A DNA stretch of 64,000 nucleotides from Asterias rubens. Taxonomy: Eukaryota. Under the pieces are notes generated by a model. That model searched no databases and was not told the DNA's origin. It was given only the letters and a program-made list of their open reading frames with translations. The stretch covers positions 16,740,001 to 16,804,000 of the forward strand of contig NC_047063.1 in NCBI RefSeq assembly GCF_902459465.1. Direction: 5' to 3'. Both the position numbers and the translations under genes were made by a program. Within the stretch, counting starts at the first letter, position 1. Each line of letters begins with the position of its first letter. Positions 48,855 to 60,320 of this stretch are shown here, piece after piece.

Positions 48855-50661
48855 TTAATTTACCGTGGCCATTCAGCAGTCGTACCGGTTTGTGCATTCA
48901 TCATCCAATGATCCCATTAAGTCAAGGAAAGGGATGTTTTAAAATTTCAAAATTTCAAAATTTCATGATGTTAACATGTTACTTTGTTTGAGCCATTAAG
49001 TGGACAAGTTGATAGGGGCGAAATGGTTTCTGGTTTAACTGATTGCGTTGACAAAAACTCAAGTGAAAATTAAGTATTTGCATGATGTCCCATTTTGGTG
49101 CAGACGATTTGGCACCAGTTTTGAACTTGGAAAAATTCACGCACGTGATTTCTACCAGCAATTGTTAGTTTTTACACGTTGAATGTGGACAAAAGGGAGA
49201 CATGAATGTTAATGTGTACAATAATGTGTCAAAAACAAATTGCTGGTAGAAATGGCGTGCGTGAATTGCTAGTAAATTTCCTGTTAACCTTTAAAAAACT
49301 TAAAAGAGCTCTTTTATTCCTATCTGAAAGCACACAAATTCGTCCAACAAGGGTGTTTTTTCTTTCATCATTTTCTACCAACTCCGACGACCAATTGAGT
49401 TCAAATTTTCACATGTTTGTTATTTTATGCATTATATGAGATACATTAAAGCCATTGGACACTTTCGGTAGTTAACATTGTCCAAGGCCCACACTTCGTG
49501 TATCACAACTTATATTTAAAATAACAAACCTGTGAAAATTTAGGCTCAAACAGTAAAACAATATAAGTTCTCGTTAGCGAGAATTACGGATTTATTTTTA
49601 ACACATGTCATGACACGGCGAAACGCGCGGAAACAAGAGTGGGTTTTCCAGTTATTTTCTCCCGACTCCGATGACCGATTGAGCCTAAATTTTCACAGGT
49701 TTGTTGTTTTATATATAAGTTGTGATACACGAAGTGTGGGACTTGGACAATACTGTTTACCAAAAGTGTATAATGGCTTTAAGGTTGTTCATAAAATCAG
49801 AGGAAGTAATTGTTCAAACAATTAAATGTATTTCAATAGAATGTTGTGTATACTATTATTAAGACTTTTAAGTTTAATTAAATAGCTATGCTCGTATTCA
49901 GCTCTCATCTTCTCTATAATAGCACTCTCCTGCTCTGCTTTAACCTTTGGTCACTATGATGTTTCAGAAGCTAAATAACATTTAATTGTTATGGTTTATA
50001 AACCATGTTTTAAAGATGAGTAAATTTCCATGGTTTATGAACCATGATTTATAAATGTTTATTGTAGGTTCATGGTTTGTAAACCATAAACTTACATACA
50101 ACAAATACTACTGATATGTAAACCATAAAAAGGATTTGGCAACACTTTATATATGGTTTACATCTAATTGCTATAAACCATGGTAAAAACATACCTTAAA
50201 AGTGCCAAACAATTAATTGACAGACGGCGCCCCATATGAATATGGTTATTAGTGATCAGTGCGTGCGTTGTGTTTGTGAACAATTAATCCATGCTCACAT
50301 CAAGTTAGGCTGGTCCCCTGTCCTTGGAACTGGCCCAATTTCATAGAGCTGCTTAAGCAGAAAATATTGCTTTACAATTATTTGCCTAGCAGAATTGAAC
50401 AGGATTTACCAGTCTTAACTTGTACAAGTTGGAGGTACTTTGGCTGGTAACCTTATTCTGATATTACCATAATTGTGTTGTGCTCGGCTACCTTTTAAGC
50501 AGCTCTGTGAAATTAGGCCCTGGTTTCGGACTTAAAACATGCCCGTAAGCATTGATACCCTAGTCTCAGACCATTTTTTTCGCAATACACCCCACCCCCT
50601 CCCGACGATTGTACCATAATGGTACATTTTGATTCTTTTGAGTGATTTTCTCCCTATACAG

Positions 50662-53600
50662 GTAGTTTTATATTTGAAAACGGCGACATATGGAAGGCGC
50701 GTCGTCGCTTTGCTCTCGGGGCTCTGAAAAAATGTGGTATGGGCAAGAAAAGCATCGAGCATACTATCAACGAGGAATCACGGTACCTCCTCGACGGTTT
50801 CTTAGACCAAGATGGACAACCATTCGACCCAGCCCGACTCGTCAACAATGCCTCCTCAAACATCATTTGTAAAATTTGTTTCGGGTACAGGTTTGACTAT
50901 TCAGATCCGAAGTTTACTGAGTTCAATGCAATGACCAAAGAACAGTTATCTTCCAATGGTCCAGGAAATGTTGTCAATATGTTCAGTTGGATTATTCGCA
51001 CGCCATTTTATGCCCGGGTGAGAGAAACAAATCAGTTTCTGAAGGATTTCCTTTTCGGACTTGTGCAGGTAAGGATTATGTCCATCCATGCATTATGTTT
51101 AAATCCACTTTATTGGTTAACGCTTTGGCTCCATTGGTAAAAGGCAGTGGACACTATTGGTAAATATAATTATTAGCATAAAACCTTACTTGGTAACGAG
51201 TAATGGGGAGAGGTTGAGTGTGGGAAACGGCTCCCTCTGAAGTAACTTAGTTTACGAGAATTAAGTAATTTTCCTTTTAAACATTTAAATTTGACTTCGC
51301 GACCTCTGAATTAAATTTTGAGGTCTCGAAATCAAGCATCTGAAAGCACACAACTTCGTGTGAAAAGGGTGTTTTTTCTTCCATTATTATCTCGCAACTT
51401 CGACGACCAATTGAGCTCAAAATTTCACAGGTTTGTTCTTGTGTGCATATGTTGAGATACACCAAGTGAGAATACCGGTCTTTGACAATTACCAATAGTG
51501 TCCAGTGTCTTTAATGAAACGTGGCATGTTTTGCTAGAAATTATCAACATTAAAATGACAATCCCCCTTCAGATTGTGCCTGGGACGGTTACATTTATCA
51601 ACCGTTGTTTGAAATACAGTCGGCTCCCGTTATAACGAGGTCCGCCGGACTGGCCCATTTTCCTCGTATTATCCGAATCTCGTCTTAAACGCAGCGCGCT
51701 AAATATAGATACATACGTCATCATTGTGCATGCACACAACACGTGTACTTCGAATACATGACATAATGGCCGCGCGTGTGTACATCGATGCATGGCAGAG
51801 CTGCAATTGACTAGTGTGCATAGAGTAGTATGTGCGATGTACTGCACAAACAAGCACAACGCGGGGATTATAAAACTGTTTTAACTAAGTTGGTTTAGTT
51901 TTAAATTCAATTTTAAAATCAATTTACATTTTAGATGATTGATAAAAAGTGTAAGATTTTAACTTGCGTTCATGTTTTGGGAAGTTTCTCTTACAAAACT
52001 TTAGTCGCCGGCAGTTTATTGCCAATGAAATAAATAGTCTTGGTTTTCATTGGTAACCACCTGTTTAACGCTGGATGGTTCATTGCTGCTGCGAGATACC
52101 GGGGAAATCTTACTGCTGCAATGCATATTGCACACGCTGTGGAAATTTTCAGTCAATAAAATAAAAGCTGTGTTTTCATTGGTAACCACTAGTGTAATAA
52201 TAGAAGGTTCATTGCTAACGCGAGATACCAGGGAAGATCGTGCTATTCTGTGCATGTGCAATACACTCGTCGCAGCAACAAAAAATAGAATCTTGATTTT
52301 CATTGGTAAACACTGTGTCATGTTAGATGGTTCATTGCCAATGTGGGATACCAGGTAAAATCTTGCTTTTGCATTCAATAATATTGATCACGCAACTAGT
52401 TTTGATTGTAAGTTGCGGGTGTTTTTTTCCTTCTGAAAATTTATAACGCGCTTATAAACTCAGTGGATCAGTATCTTTTCTTAAGATTTCTCCAATGTTT
52501 GAACCATGCAAACCTCCTAATCCCACCATTGTCCGGAGTTTGGAATTAACAACCTTGCTTGCTGACTCGTGACTCCCGATTTCGGATTAGTGTTGCTAGC
52601 GGTAGCGTCCACTTAACACCTCTATTGTTTGTCTTAAAAGCCACAAATATCGACTTTACCAGCTGTACAGGTATTTCCTTAGTAGGTTTTTGAATTGTTC
52701 TCGTTATAGAAGGGTTTTAAACAGTGTTTTGCTCGTAATGGGTCTCCCAAATTACCTCGTTATAACCGTGTTCTCGCTACTACCGTGCTCGTATAATCAG
52801 TATTTTAATGCATTGAAACACGCATGGGGCCGTTCGGGACCGGCAAAAAACCTCGTATCAACCGGAACCTCGTAACATGCGAGCTCGTAATAACGGGAGT
52901 CGTATGGTGGCCCTGAAGGGACACAGCCAGTCGTGAATATTTTTTGCGACGTCGCGAATATTTTTGCGACGTCGTGAATTTATTCGCGACAAGTCGCAAA
53001 CTTTTTCACGACAAGTCGCGAATATTTTCACGACGTCGTGAATAAATTTGCGACTAGTCGTGAAAAAGTTCGCGACTTGTCGCGAATATATTTTCAGTAG
53101 CTTGAGAGTGCGTATTACCAAACGGGCGATAGAGGGCGGTGACGGCTGGCTGCAGCAGCATAGACCGTATTGCAGATACCAAAAATCCGACGTCCCGCAA
53201 AGGATTGTGGGAAATATTTTGCACCTCCAGCTAGTTATCGGTCGTCACGTAACGTGTTCTACAAAGTTTTTTTGTAAACAATAAGTTTGTAAACATTGAC
53301 ATTGTTTGTGGTGGACGGTCATGCTTCTGTGGCGGAAGACAGTTTCACCCACGAATGGGTGTACCTCCATGCTTTATTTAGCCATGTCAGATGTGTATTA
53401 TTAATATAAAAAACTACGACAATAATGCCATCGGACCAGTGTGCTTTGCGACTCAACGGAAGAAGTACGTACATACGTAGGTAGGCCTAGGTCTATGATG
53501 CATGTTTTTTTGACTTTGAATGAACACAAAATAGTTTAATAAAATATCAATAAAGCTTGTTGATGATTTAATCATGACCGGGTCATGATTAAATCATCAA

Positions 53601-56600
53601 GCATGTCAAGCCCAACAAGCTGTAGGCTACAATTTGAGTATTGTATAGGCTAGATGTTTATTGTATGTGTGATTGGTGGTAGAAACTAAGAAAGAAACAT
53701 AGGCCTATTCAATTCTATATTCCTCAACTTGTTTTGGAGATGACAGATACTGATATTATATTCAGAATATAATATCAATATTCTGATAATGATACTGCTC
53801 ATTAATTAGCTCATAGTCATATTAGTCATGACTGACTTTCAGGGCAGAGTGTTTGGTAATGATTTCCAAGGCAAAAGATCATTCATAAATACCTCAATCA
53901 GTTTCGCTACTGCATTCCTGTTGTGGTGGAGAGCGCTTCACGTGGGGTGGGGGTGTTTAAAGTTAACGAGTGATAAAGACCAGCTGGAGCTGTTTATAAC
54001 CGGTTGTTTTCGGATATGTTGGCCCAACTTGGCTGCGCTGGGTGTGAAAGCAAAACAAGAAACATCTTGCACCAAGACTAACTACGCACACACCACACAA
54101 TGCATCCGAAAACTGTCTCAGTCATTAAAATGCAACACATGTCAGGTCATCAAATAAGATACGTGAAAGAGGAAACAAGGGCTGAACGACCACGACCCTG
54201 CCTGTTTTAAACGCCTTTTTAAGAACTTGTAACCACTCATTTATTCCCTTAGTTTTTGTCTGCTTTATCTTTCAGATAATTACTTGTGCATCAACATGCT
54301 TCGTGACAGCACTCATATTGGAAGCAGTTATTCTCCCAGTTCTGTGTTCACTCCAAAGATGTGATCTGTACTGTTGTTTTGTGGACTCGACCCACCACAT
54401 CCTACTTCTTTTGCTGCAGGAGAGCTCATTAACCATCTTCTGAATTGACTAAAGGCCGTGTGTGTGGGTGTGTGTGTGTGTGTCTTCATGCTCTTGAGGC
54501 CATTTTTGACTGATGACACGTAAATTGGCGACGAAGAGATAAATGTTAATTGCAGAGTGAACTGTGACGCAAGCGTTCTGTCGGCTGTTGGGCTTTGAAA
54601 ACACCTAAAGGTATCGCAAGTGCTTCTAATTAATATGCCTGTGCGTGGCGTCCTGCGGTTGTAGGCTACAATTCTTAGAGAAAGTAGAAGTGTACAATAC
54701 AAACAATAACACTGTCCAAACGTCCATTTCCACTGTCTTGAAGAGTTTAAAGTTTCATTTATTCTGGTCACTTTTTGTCACTTTAATTTTGAACCATATC
54801 AGTGGTAGACCTAAAAAGTTGATGGTGTGAGAAATAAGGAAAAAGTATCATCTGCCACATAAAGTTTTAAAAATGTACAACTACCATGTATGATTGAAAG
54901 CTATTCTATTTAAGTCCACGTCATTGCTGATTAGTGGCATGACTCCCTTGATTGATATTTGCAACAGAAGACACGTATGCTGTTTTTGGCGATAGGTTTC
55001 TGATGTGAGGTTTTTATGAATATGTGCGATGATTTTCATATTAAAAAAAGAATTCCCAATTTTTTTCCTGATTGTTATTTTCATTTATGATATAAAACAC
55101 ACAAATGAAAAACTAGCACAGTTTTTGGCAGTGACATTATGCTTGTGTCCTCAAGCAAGACACTTTACCATAATTTGCTCCTCTTCACCAAAGTGTATAA
55201 ATGGGAACTGCAATGGCTGAGATATTAACCCCTGAGTGCCTAATGGACAGTCAGGTTTGTGTAGTCCTCAGGGAGTTCAAAAAGTATCAGGAATAGTGAA
55301 CAATGACCATGGATAATAAGTATTCAAGCGCCCTGAGTGTAACTGTGTGATGGACTTGAGCGCTATATTAGGCCTAGGTATGCATTTATTTAATAGGTAT
55401 CTTTCAAACAGGGATGTACAAGTGATAACCTATTCTATCTGCAAGGATACTTCCATCTGTTTCCATTGGCCTTAACCCATCAAGAGCAGGAGTGTAGTCT
55501 GGCAAGACAGCTTCTACAAGATGTGGACATGGTGGACAAAGGCACACAATACATAAAACCTACATAAAAACAAACAAAATAAACGAAGGTTTTTAATATA
55601 CAGTTGACGACTCCATTTGGTGCTACAATAATTTCTGAAATTCTATTCTTAGTGTTAAAAAAATTAACAATGCCATCATATTCATAGACAGGTTGTATGG
55701 CAAAATGTAAAGTTAGGTTAGGACAACTTTTTCATTGTTTGCTAACTAACAATGTTCAATTTGTTCAATGTTCAATTTGTGAATCAGCAATAACGTTAAC
55801 ATGGTGGCACTAGGCCATGGTTAAGGCACAGTCTCCCAAATATTGATAAAAGCAGAAAAAGAAAAGAAAAAAAGAAAGCCCAATTTCATCTCGAATAATA
55901 ATTAATAAAATAATGTAAAAAATCAAAAAATCATTAACTCTCACAAACTCTACCGTCTGAGCAAAACACACACCTCAGGCCGTAACTTTGAAATACAAAC
56001 CATTTTTATTAAAAACAACATGGCCTCACGTTACTCCTGATCATATCTTTGTTATGTGTACTAACTAGCTGGACTGTACCATAGAATCATAGCATGCATG
56101 GTTTGTCTACATGTGTACGTCCACGAATCCTCCATGCATAGAGCATGGAGGTAGGAAAAGCTGCGTTACTCCCGAGTCCTAACGTTAGATTAGAACTTAA
56201 CATTTTAATTCAAATAGAAACTACTTACCAACAGAAACAAGAGACTTCTTGGTAAATACACCATGTCTTTCAATGCCAAAAGGTTCTTCTAAGTTGGTCA
56301 ACGTTCCCCTAGCCCTGCCCATCAGCCGATCCACGGTAATTTACTAAAGTGATGTGGCACCAAAGATCGATCATACACGTGTATACAGCGCCGCGTGTAG
56401 CATGCTATCCCATCATGCACAGAACGATAGAACCCTTTAAGTTACGCAAAAAATATTTGCGACTAGTTGCAGAATTATTCACGACGTCGTGGAAATATTC
56501 GCGACTAGTCGTGAAAGTATTCGCGACGAGTCGTGAAAATATTCGTGACTAGTCGCAGAAATATTCACGACATCGTGAAAATATTGGCGACTAGTCAGGA

Positions 56601-59600
56601 CAAAATTCGCGACTTGTCGTGAATAAATTCACGACGTCGCAAAAATATTCACGACGTCGCAAAAGTATTCGCGACTTGTCGTGAAAAAATTCACGACGTC
56701 GCAAAAATATTCGCGACTTGTCGTAAATAAATTCACGACGTCGCAAAAATATTCACGACGTCGCAAAAATATTCACGACGTCGCGAAAAACATTCACGAC
56801 TGGCTGTGTCCCTTCAGGGCCACCATAGAGTCGACATGTAATTGGTGAAATTTGTTTAAAAGTCTGGGGTTTTTTCTCTCTACGCAGGAACATCGTCAAT
56901 CTTACGATAAAAATGACATCCGGGACATTACTGATATGTACTTCACCGAGGCTGACAATTTGAAAGACATTGGCCCACATGGGAAGAATGCCTTCAGTGA
57001 CAGAGCTCTTGGTCGCAGTATCTTGGATTTATTTATAGCAGGTACAGACACCACTTCTAACACAATGAGTTGGTTGCTGTTGTACATGGCCATCAACAGC
57101 GATGTACAGAAGATGGTAAGACAGTTTGAATCTCATTCACGGGGGGGGGGTGAAAAAAGGGACACGTTGCCTTGGATCGGGCGAGTTGCTCTATCAAAAA
57201 AGCGCCTGAAACCGTTATGAAATACATGGTTATAGAAAGATGTTTTAAAGGTAGATGATAATAATTTACCATACAAATCTGCTTCGAAATTGCGTGGTTG
57301 CCCTTTAACTTTGCAAACTAACACGGTCTGCCATTTTATGAAGTCAAAAATGTGTCTCCACAGATTAGAGTGCCATGTTGGTTCACGACTTATACGGAAA
57401 ACCGTGCAATTTCGAGGCATAATAATTTCATAACAAACGTATTCAAACGCTTTTCATCGACCAACTCGCCCGATCCGAGGCAACGTGTCTCTCTAACGGT
57501 AGGGTCATAACCTTGTTTTGCCAAATGCTAACTTGTAGACAAACGTATACAGGAAGATGCTTTAAAAGTCACAGGTAAAAGTTTTAGATGAATACAGTGT
57601 CTGACTGGGAAATAATTGTTCGCAAGAATTTATAATCCATCCACGTCTAGCGAAGTGCCCGGACACGAATTTTCAGAAGTCTGAGAAGTGTTCACCATAA
57701 TTTCGAATCCATCCACGTCTAGCAAGGTGAGAGGGGTACCAGCCGCATCTCTGGCCGCAACACTCGCACACGGACACCAACTTTCAGAAATCTGAGAAAC
57801 GACTCGTGCATGAGTCGTTTCAAATATGACTGGTTTGACTCTATGTTTTGGGGTGTAGAGTTATCCAAACCATGCTCGTTCGACTGGATTCAGTTCTGAA
57901 AAGATTTGTACTATCAATTGCTGCATTGCCCCTGGCAAATAAGTCCACACGATTATCAATCAATTTATGATTTACTTACTATTCTCTAATCCTAGCCTAT
58001 AGCTTAGAAAAACAAAAGTTGATAGACAAACAAAGTTGACTGCGCTTTCCGATTACTCCTCTTCACAATTCATCTACTTATTCCGAAACAATCACTTTTA
58101 TTCCTAAATTATTTAGGTTCAGTCTGAGATTGATGACGTCATAGGAGGGAGCCGCCAGCCATCAATGGCCGACAGTCCTAACATGCCGTACACGAACGCT
58201 GCCATCATGGAGACACTACGCATGCGTCCAGTGGTGCCTTTAGCTGTTCCTCATCAGACGAAGAATGACACCACACTGGGTGTATACAAGATCCCCAAAG
58301 AAACACGTAAGATGTGCCCATTTTATTTTATTTTATTTTATTTTATTTTATTCAATACAATTTCAAACAGCATAAGTGCCAATTGAAGAATGGTTAACAT
58401 TTATTTTATTTAAAAAAAATTAAAATAAAATATTAAAAAGAACACACATATAATTGGTACAAGGCAAAAAGACAAATTAAAACTGGACAAACAAATAAGA
58501 AAACTGAACCAGACTAGATCAGACTAGGATGACTAGATAGATGGTGGGGCGGGCTGAAATACAAGATTAATTTGAATTTGAAGGCGGCAGTCATTGGGTA
58601 ACATGAAATAATTGAGGGAATGAACTGGACATTAGTTTTCCAAATATGCGGACCATTTCAAATGTGACGTCATCTTGACGGTTTTGAACACAGTGGCACT
58701 TTACATCACTTTAATGAGAGGTTACATACTGATATTTTCCCCACTTGCATAAGCACTCAAATTTATCAGAAAAGGGGAATATCGCAGAATACAAATCATT
58801 CTGCGAGCTGTACGTACTGTGTGCTGCAATTTTAACATGTCTCAATAAGACTGCATTTTATTTGGTTTAGGCGTTTTAGTCAATATCTGGGCAGTACATC
58901 ATGACCCTGCTCTGTGGACAGATCCAGAGAAATACAACCCAGACCGGTTCCTCTCTGCTGATGGCAAGAGTGTCGTTCAGCATGAATCGTTCATCCCATT
59001 TGGAACAGGTAATAAAATACCAGGTGTTTTAATAATCCCTTTTTCTTTTAAGCAATAATCAAGTTGCCCCTAGACCTTTTCGCAAATACCATTCGCAAGC
59101 GCAGACTGTTGAATGAGGTGCATTGTGAGATAGATATGGATCAAATTTGATCACCAGCTAGACCACAATGCACCTAATTCCAAGCTCTATGATTACGCCC
59201 CAGTATTTGCGAAATGTCTCTGCTTGTGGTTATGTGTAGCGCCCTCTCTCGGGATAATGTTTCATCTTTCTCACGAGCGAAAGTGAATACCCGACCCTTC
59301 CCGTGTTTATAATTACTCAGTGTTTGTACATTTTATTGAGTACATATACATTATATGTCATTAAGCAAAAGTGGTTCCAATACCTTTCATTTTGTATTTT
59401 GTTTTACATTTCCGGCTGGTATTTGTCTTCTTCTTCATCTTCATATTCTTTTCAAAGTTACTTTAATTTGTTTGTTAATCTTCATCAGGTCGCCGTGTCT
59501 GTTTGGGGGAGAATCTTGCCAAATCCGAACTGTTCTTACTGTTAGCCAACATGCTCCAGCAGTTCAATTGGACAGTCCCAGATGGTAAACCGATCCCCAA

Positions 59601-59670
59601 ACCAGAGGGAAGCAAGGGAATTATACTAAGCCCTGGTCCATATGATCTCTGTGCCACAAGGCGTTCTTAG
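50662..59670 (+). CDS. g7: CYP2-like P450, type C; exons 2-6 intact, no exon 1 found (5'-partial)
   Basis: Exons 50662-51068 (407), 56888-57115 (228), 58117-58306 (190), 58871-59008 (138), 59489-59670 (182). All open, with AG/GT boundaries. Motifs [31 protein letters not shown]. No TM/PPGP-coding exon seen in 47721-50661. Confidence 0.85.
51142..51510. mobile_element. TTAA-flanked MITE, same family (g7 intron 2)
   Basis: Same TIRs and internal sequence. Confidence 0.85.
52038..52385. repeat. Three diverged tandem units of about 127 bp inside the Tc1-like element
   Basis: TTTTCATTGGTAA.CAC...GGTTCATTGC...GATACC.GG recurs at about 52045, 52174 and 52298. Confidence 0.8.
52903..56827. mobile_element. 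3.9-kb DNA transposon with TAT..ATA termini, 6-bp TSD and subterminal GCGACGTCG(T/C)GAAT arrays (IS3EU-like)
   Basis: TIR TATGGTGGCCCTGAAGGGACACAGCCAGTCGTGAAT / ATTCACGACTGGCTGTGTCCCTTCAGGGCCACCATA. GAGTCG is duplicated at 52897-52902 and 56828-56833. Confidence 0.85.
54283..54445 (-). pseudogene. YqaJ/lambda-exonuclease-like coding remnant inside the 3.9-kb element
   Basis: A minus-strand frame reads [26 protein letters not shown], matching the YqaJ N-terminal pattern E..T..Q....W...R.GRITAS. It is followed by a possible GTAATT donor. Confidence 0.6.
57158..57492. mobile_element. MITE in g7 intron 3
   Basis: TIR AGGGACACGTTGCCTTGGATCGGGCGAGTTG / CAACTCGCCCGATCCGAGGCAACGTGTCTCT. Confidence 0.8.
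59073..59220. mobile_element. Small hairpin MITE in g7 intron 5
   Basis: GACCTTTTCGCAAATAC / GTATTTGCGAAATGTCTC, with inner GTGCATTGTG / CACAATGCAC. Confidence 0.6.
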
Positions 59671-60320
59671 CTCGCGAAGCCTTCAGAGAAATACTTATAA
59701 GGAAATGCGTGACAATGCACTATATGTCTTCTGTTGAGCTGATGTTCTATTCAAGTGTCATTGTCAATTTGAACATGAGAAATGAATTCCAAAGTAGAGA
59801 TATTGATCTGTTTCCGATTATATTATTCAATGGATACTTGTGTTAACGATTTCTTTGTAATGGGCTGTACTAAACAATGGTGTTGGTGGGTACCAGGGTA
59901 ATTATCCTGACAACTTTGTCATTATGAGTATAGTATTATTATTACTATAAAGTGTTAATAGGTGTTAAATTTATTACCATAAATGACCAATATGAACTCT
60001 GTGCCACAAGGCGTTCTTAGCTCGCGAAGCCTTCAGAGAAATACTTATAAGGAAATGCGTGACAATGCACTATATGTCTTCTGTTGAGCTGATGTTCTAT
60101 TCAAGTGTCATTGTCAATTTGAACATTAGAAATGAATTCCAAAGTAGAGATATTGATCTGTTTCCGATTATATTATTCAATGGATACTTGTGTTAACGAT
60201 TTCTTTGTAATGGGTTGTACTAAACAATGGTGTTGGTGGGTACCAGGGTAATTATCCTGACAACTTTGTCATTATGAATATAGTATTATTATTACTATAA
60301 AGTGTTAATAGGTGTTAATA
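59641..60320 (+). repeat. 350-bp-period tandem duplication of the g7 stop codon and 3' UTR
   Basis: TATGA(T/A)CTCTGTGCCACAAGGCGTTCTTAGCTCGCG starts at 59641 and 59991, and the copies are nearly identical. Confidence 0.95.

Larger units (their letters stand above)
51617..56838. mobile_element. Tc1/mariner(pogo)-like non-autonomous element, interrupted inside its right TIR
   Basis: TA|CAGTCGGCTCCCGTTATAACGAG at the left end. The right end is rebuilt as CTCGTAATAACGGGAGTCG[insert]ACATG|TA. Confidence 0.75.

Noticed and set aside
49895-49925. TCTTCTCTATAATAG resembling the B-type exon-2 acceptor
   Set aside because: No CYP coding sequence follows; probably chance or a tiny relic.
52940-53095. 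Regularly spaced short repeats resembling a CRISPR array (also 56440-56800)
   Set aside because: No unique spacers and no cas genes, in a eukaryotic context. They are subterminal repeats of a TIR transposon.
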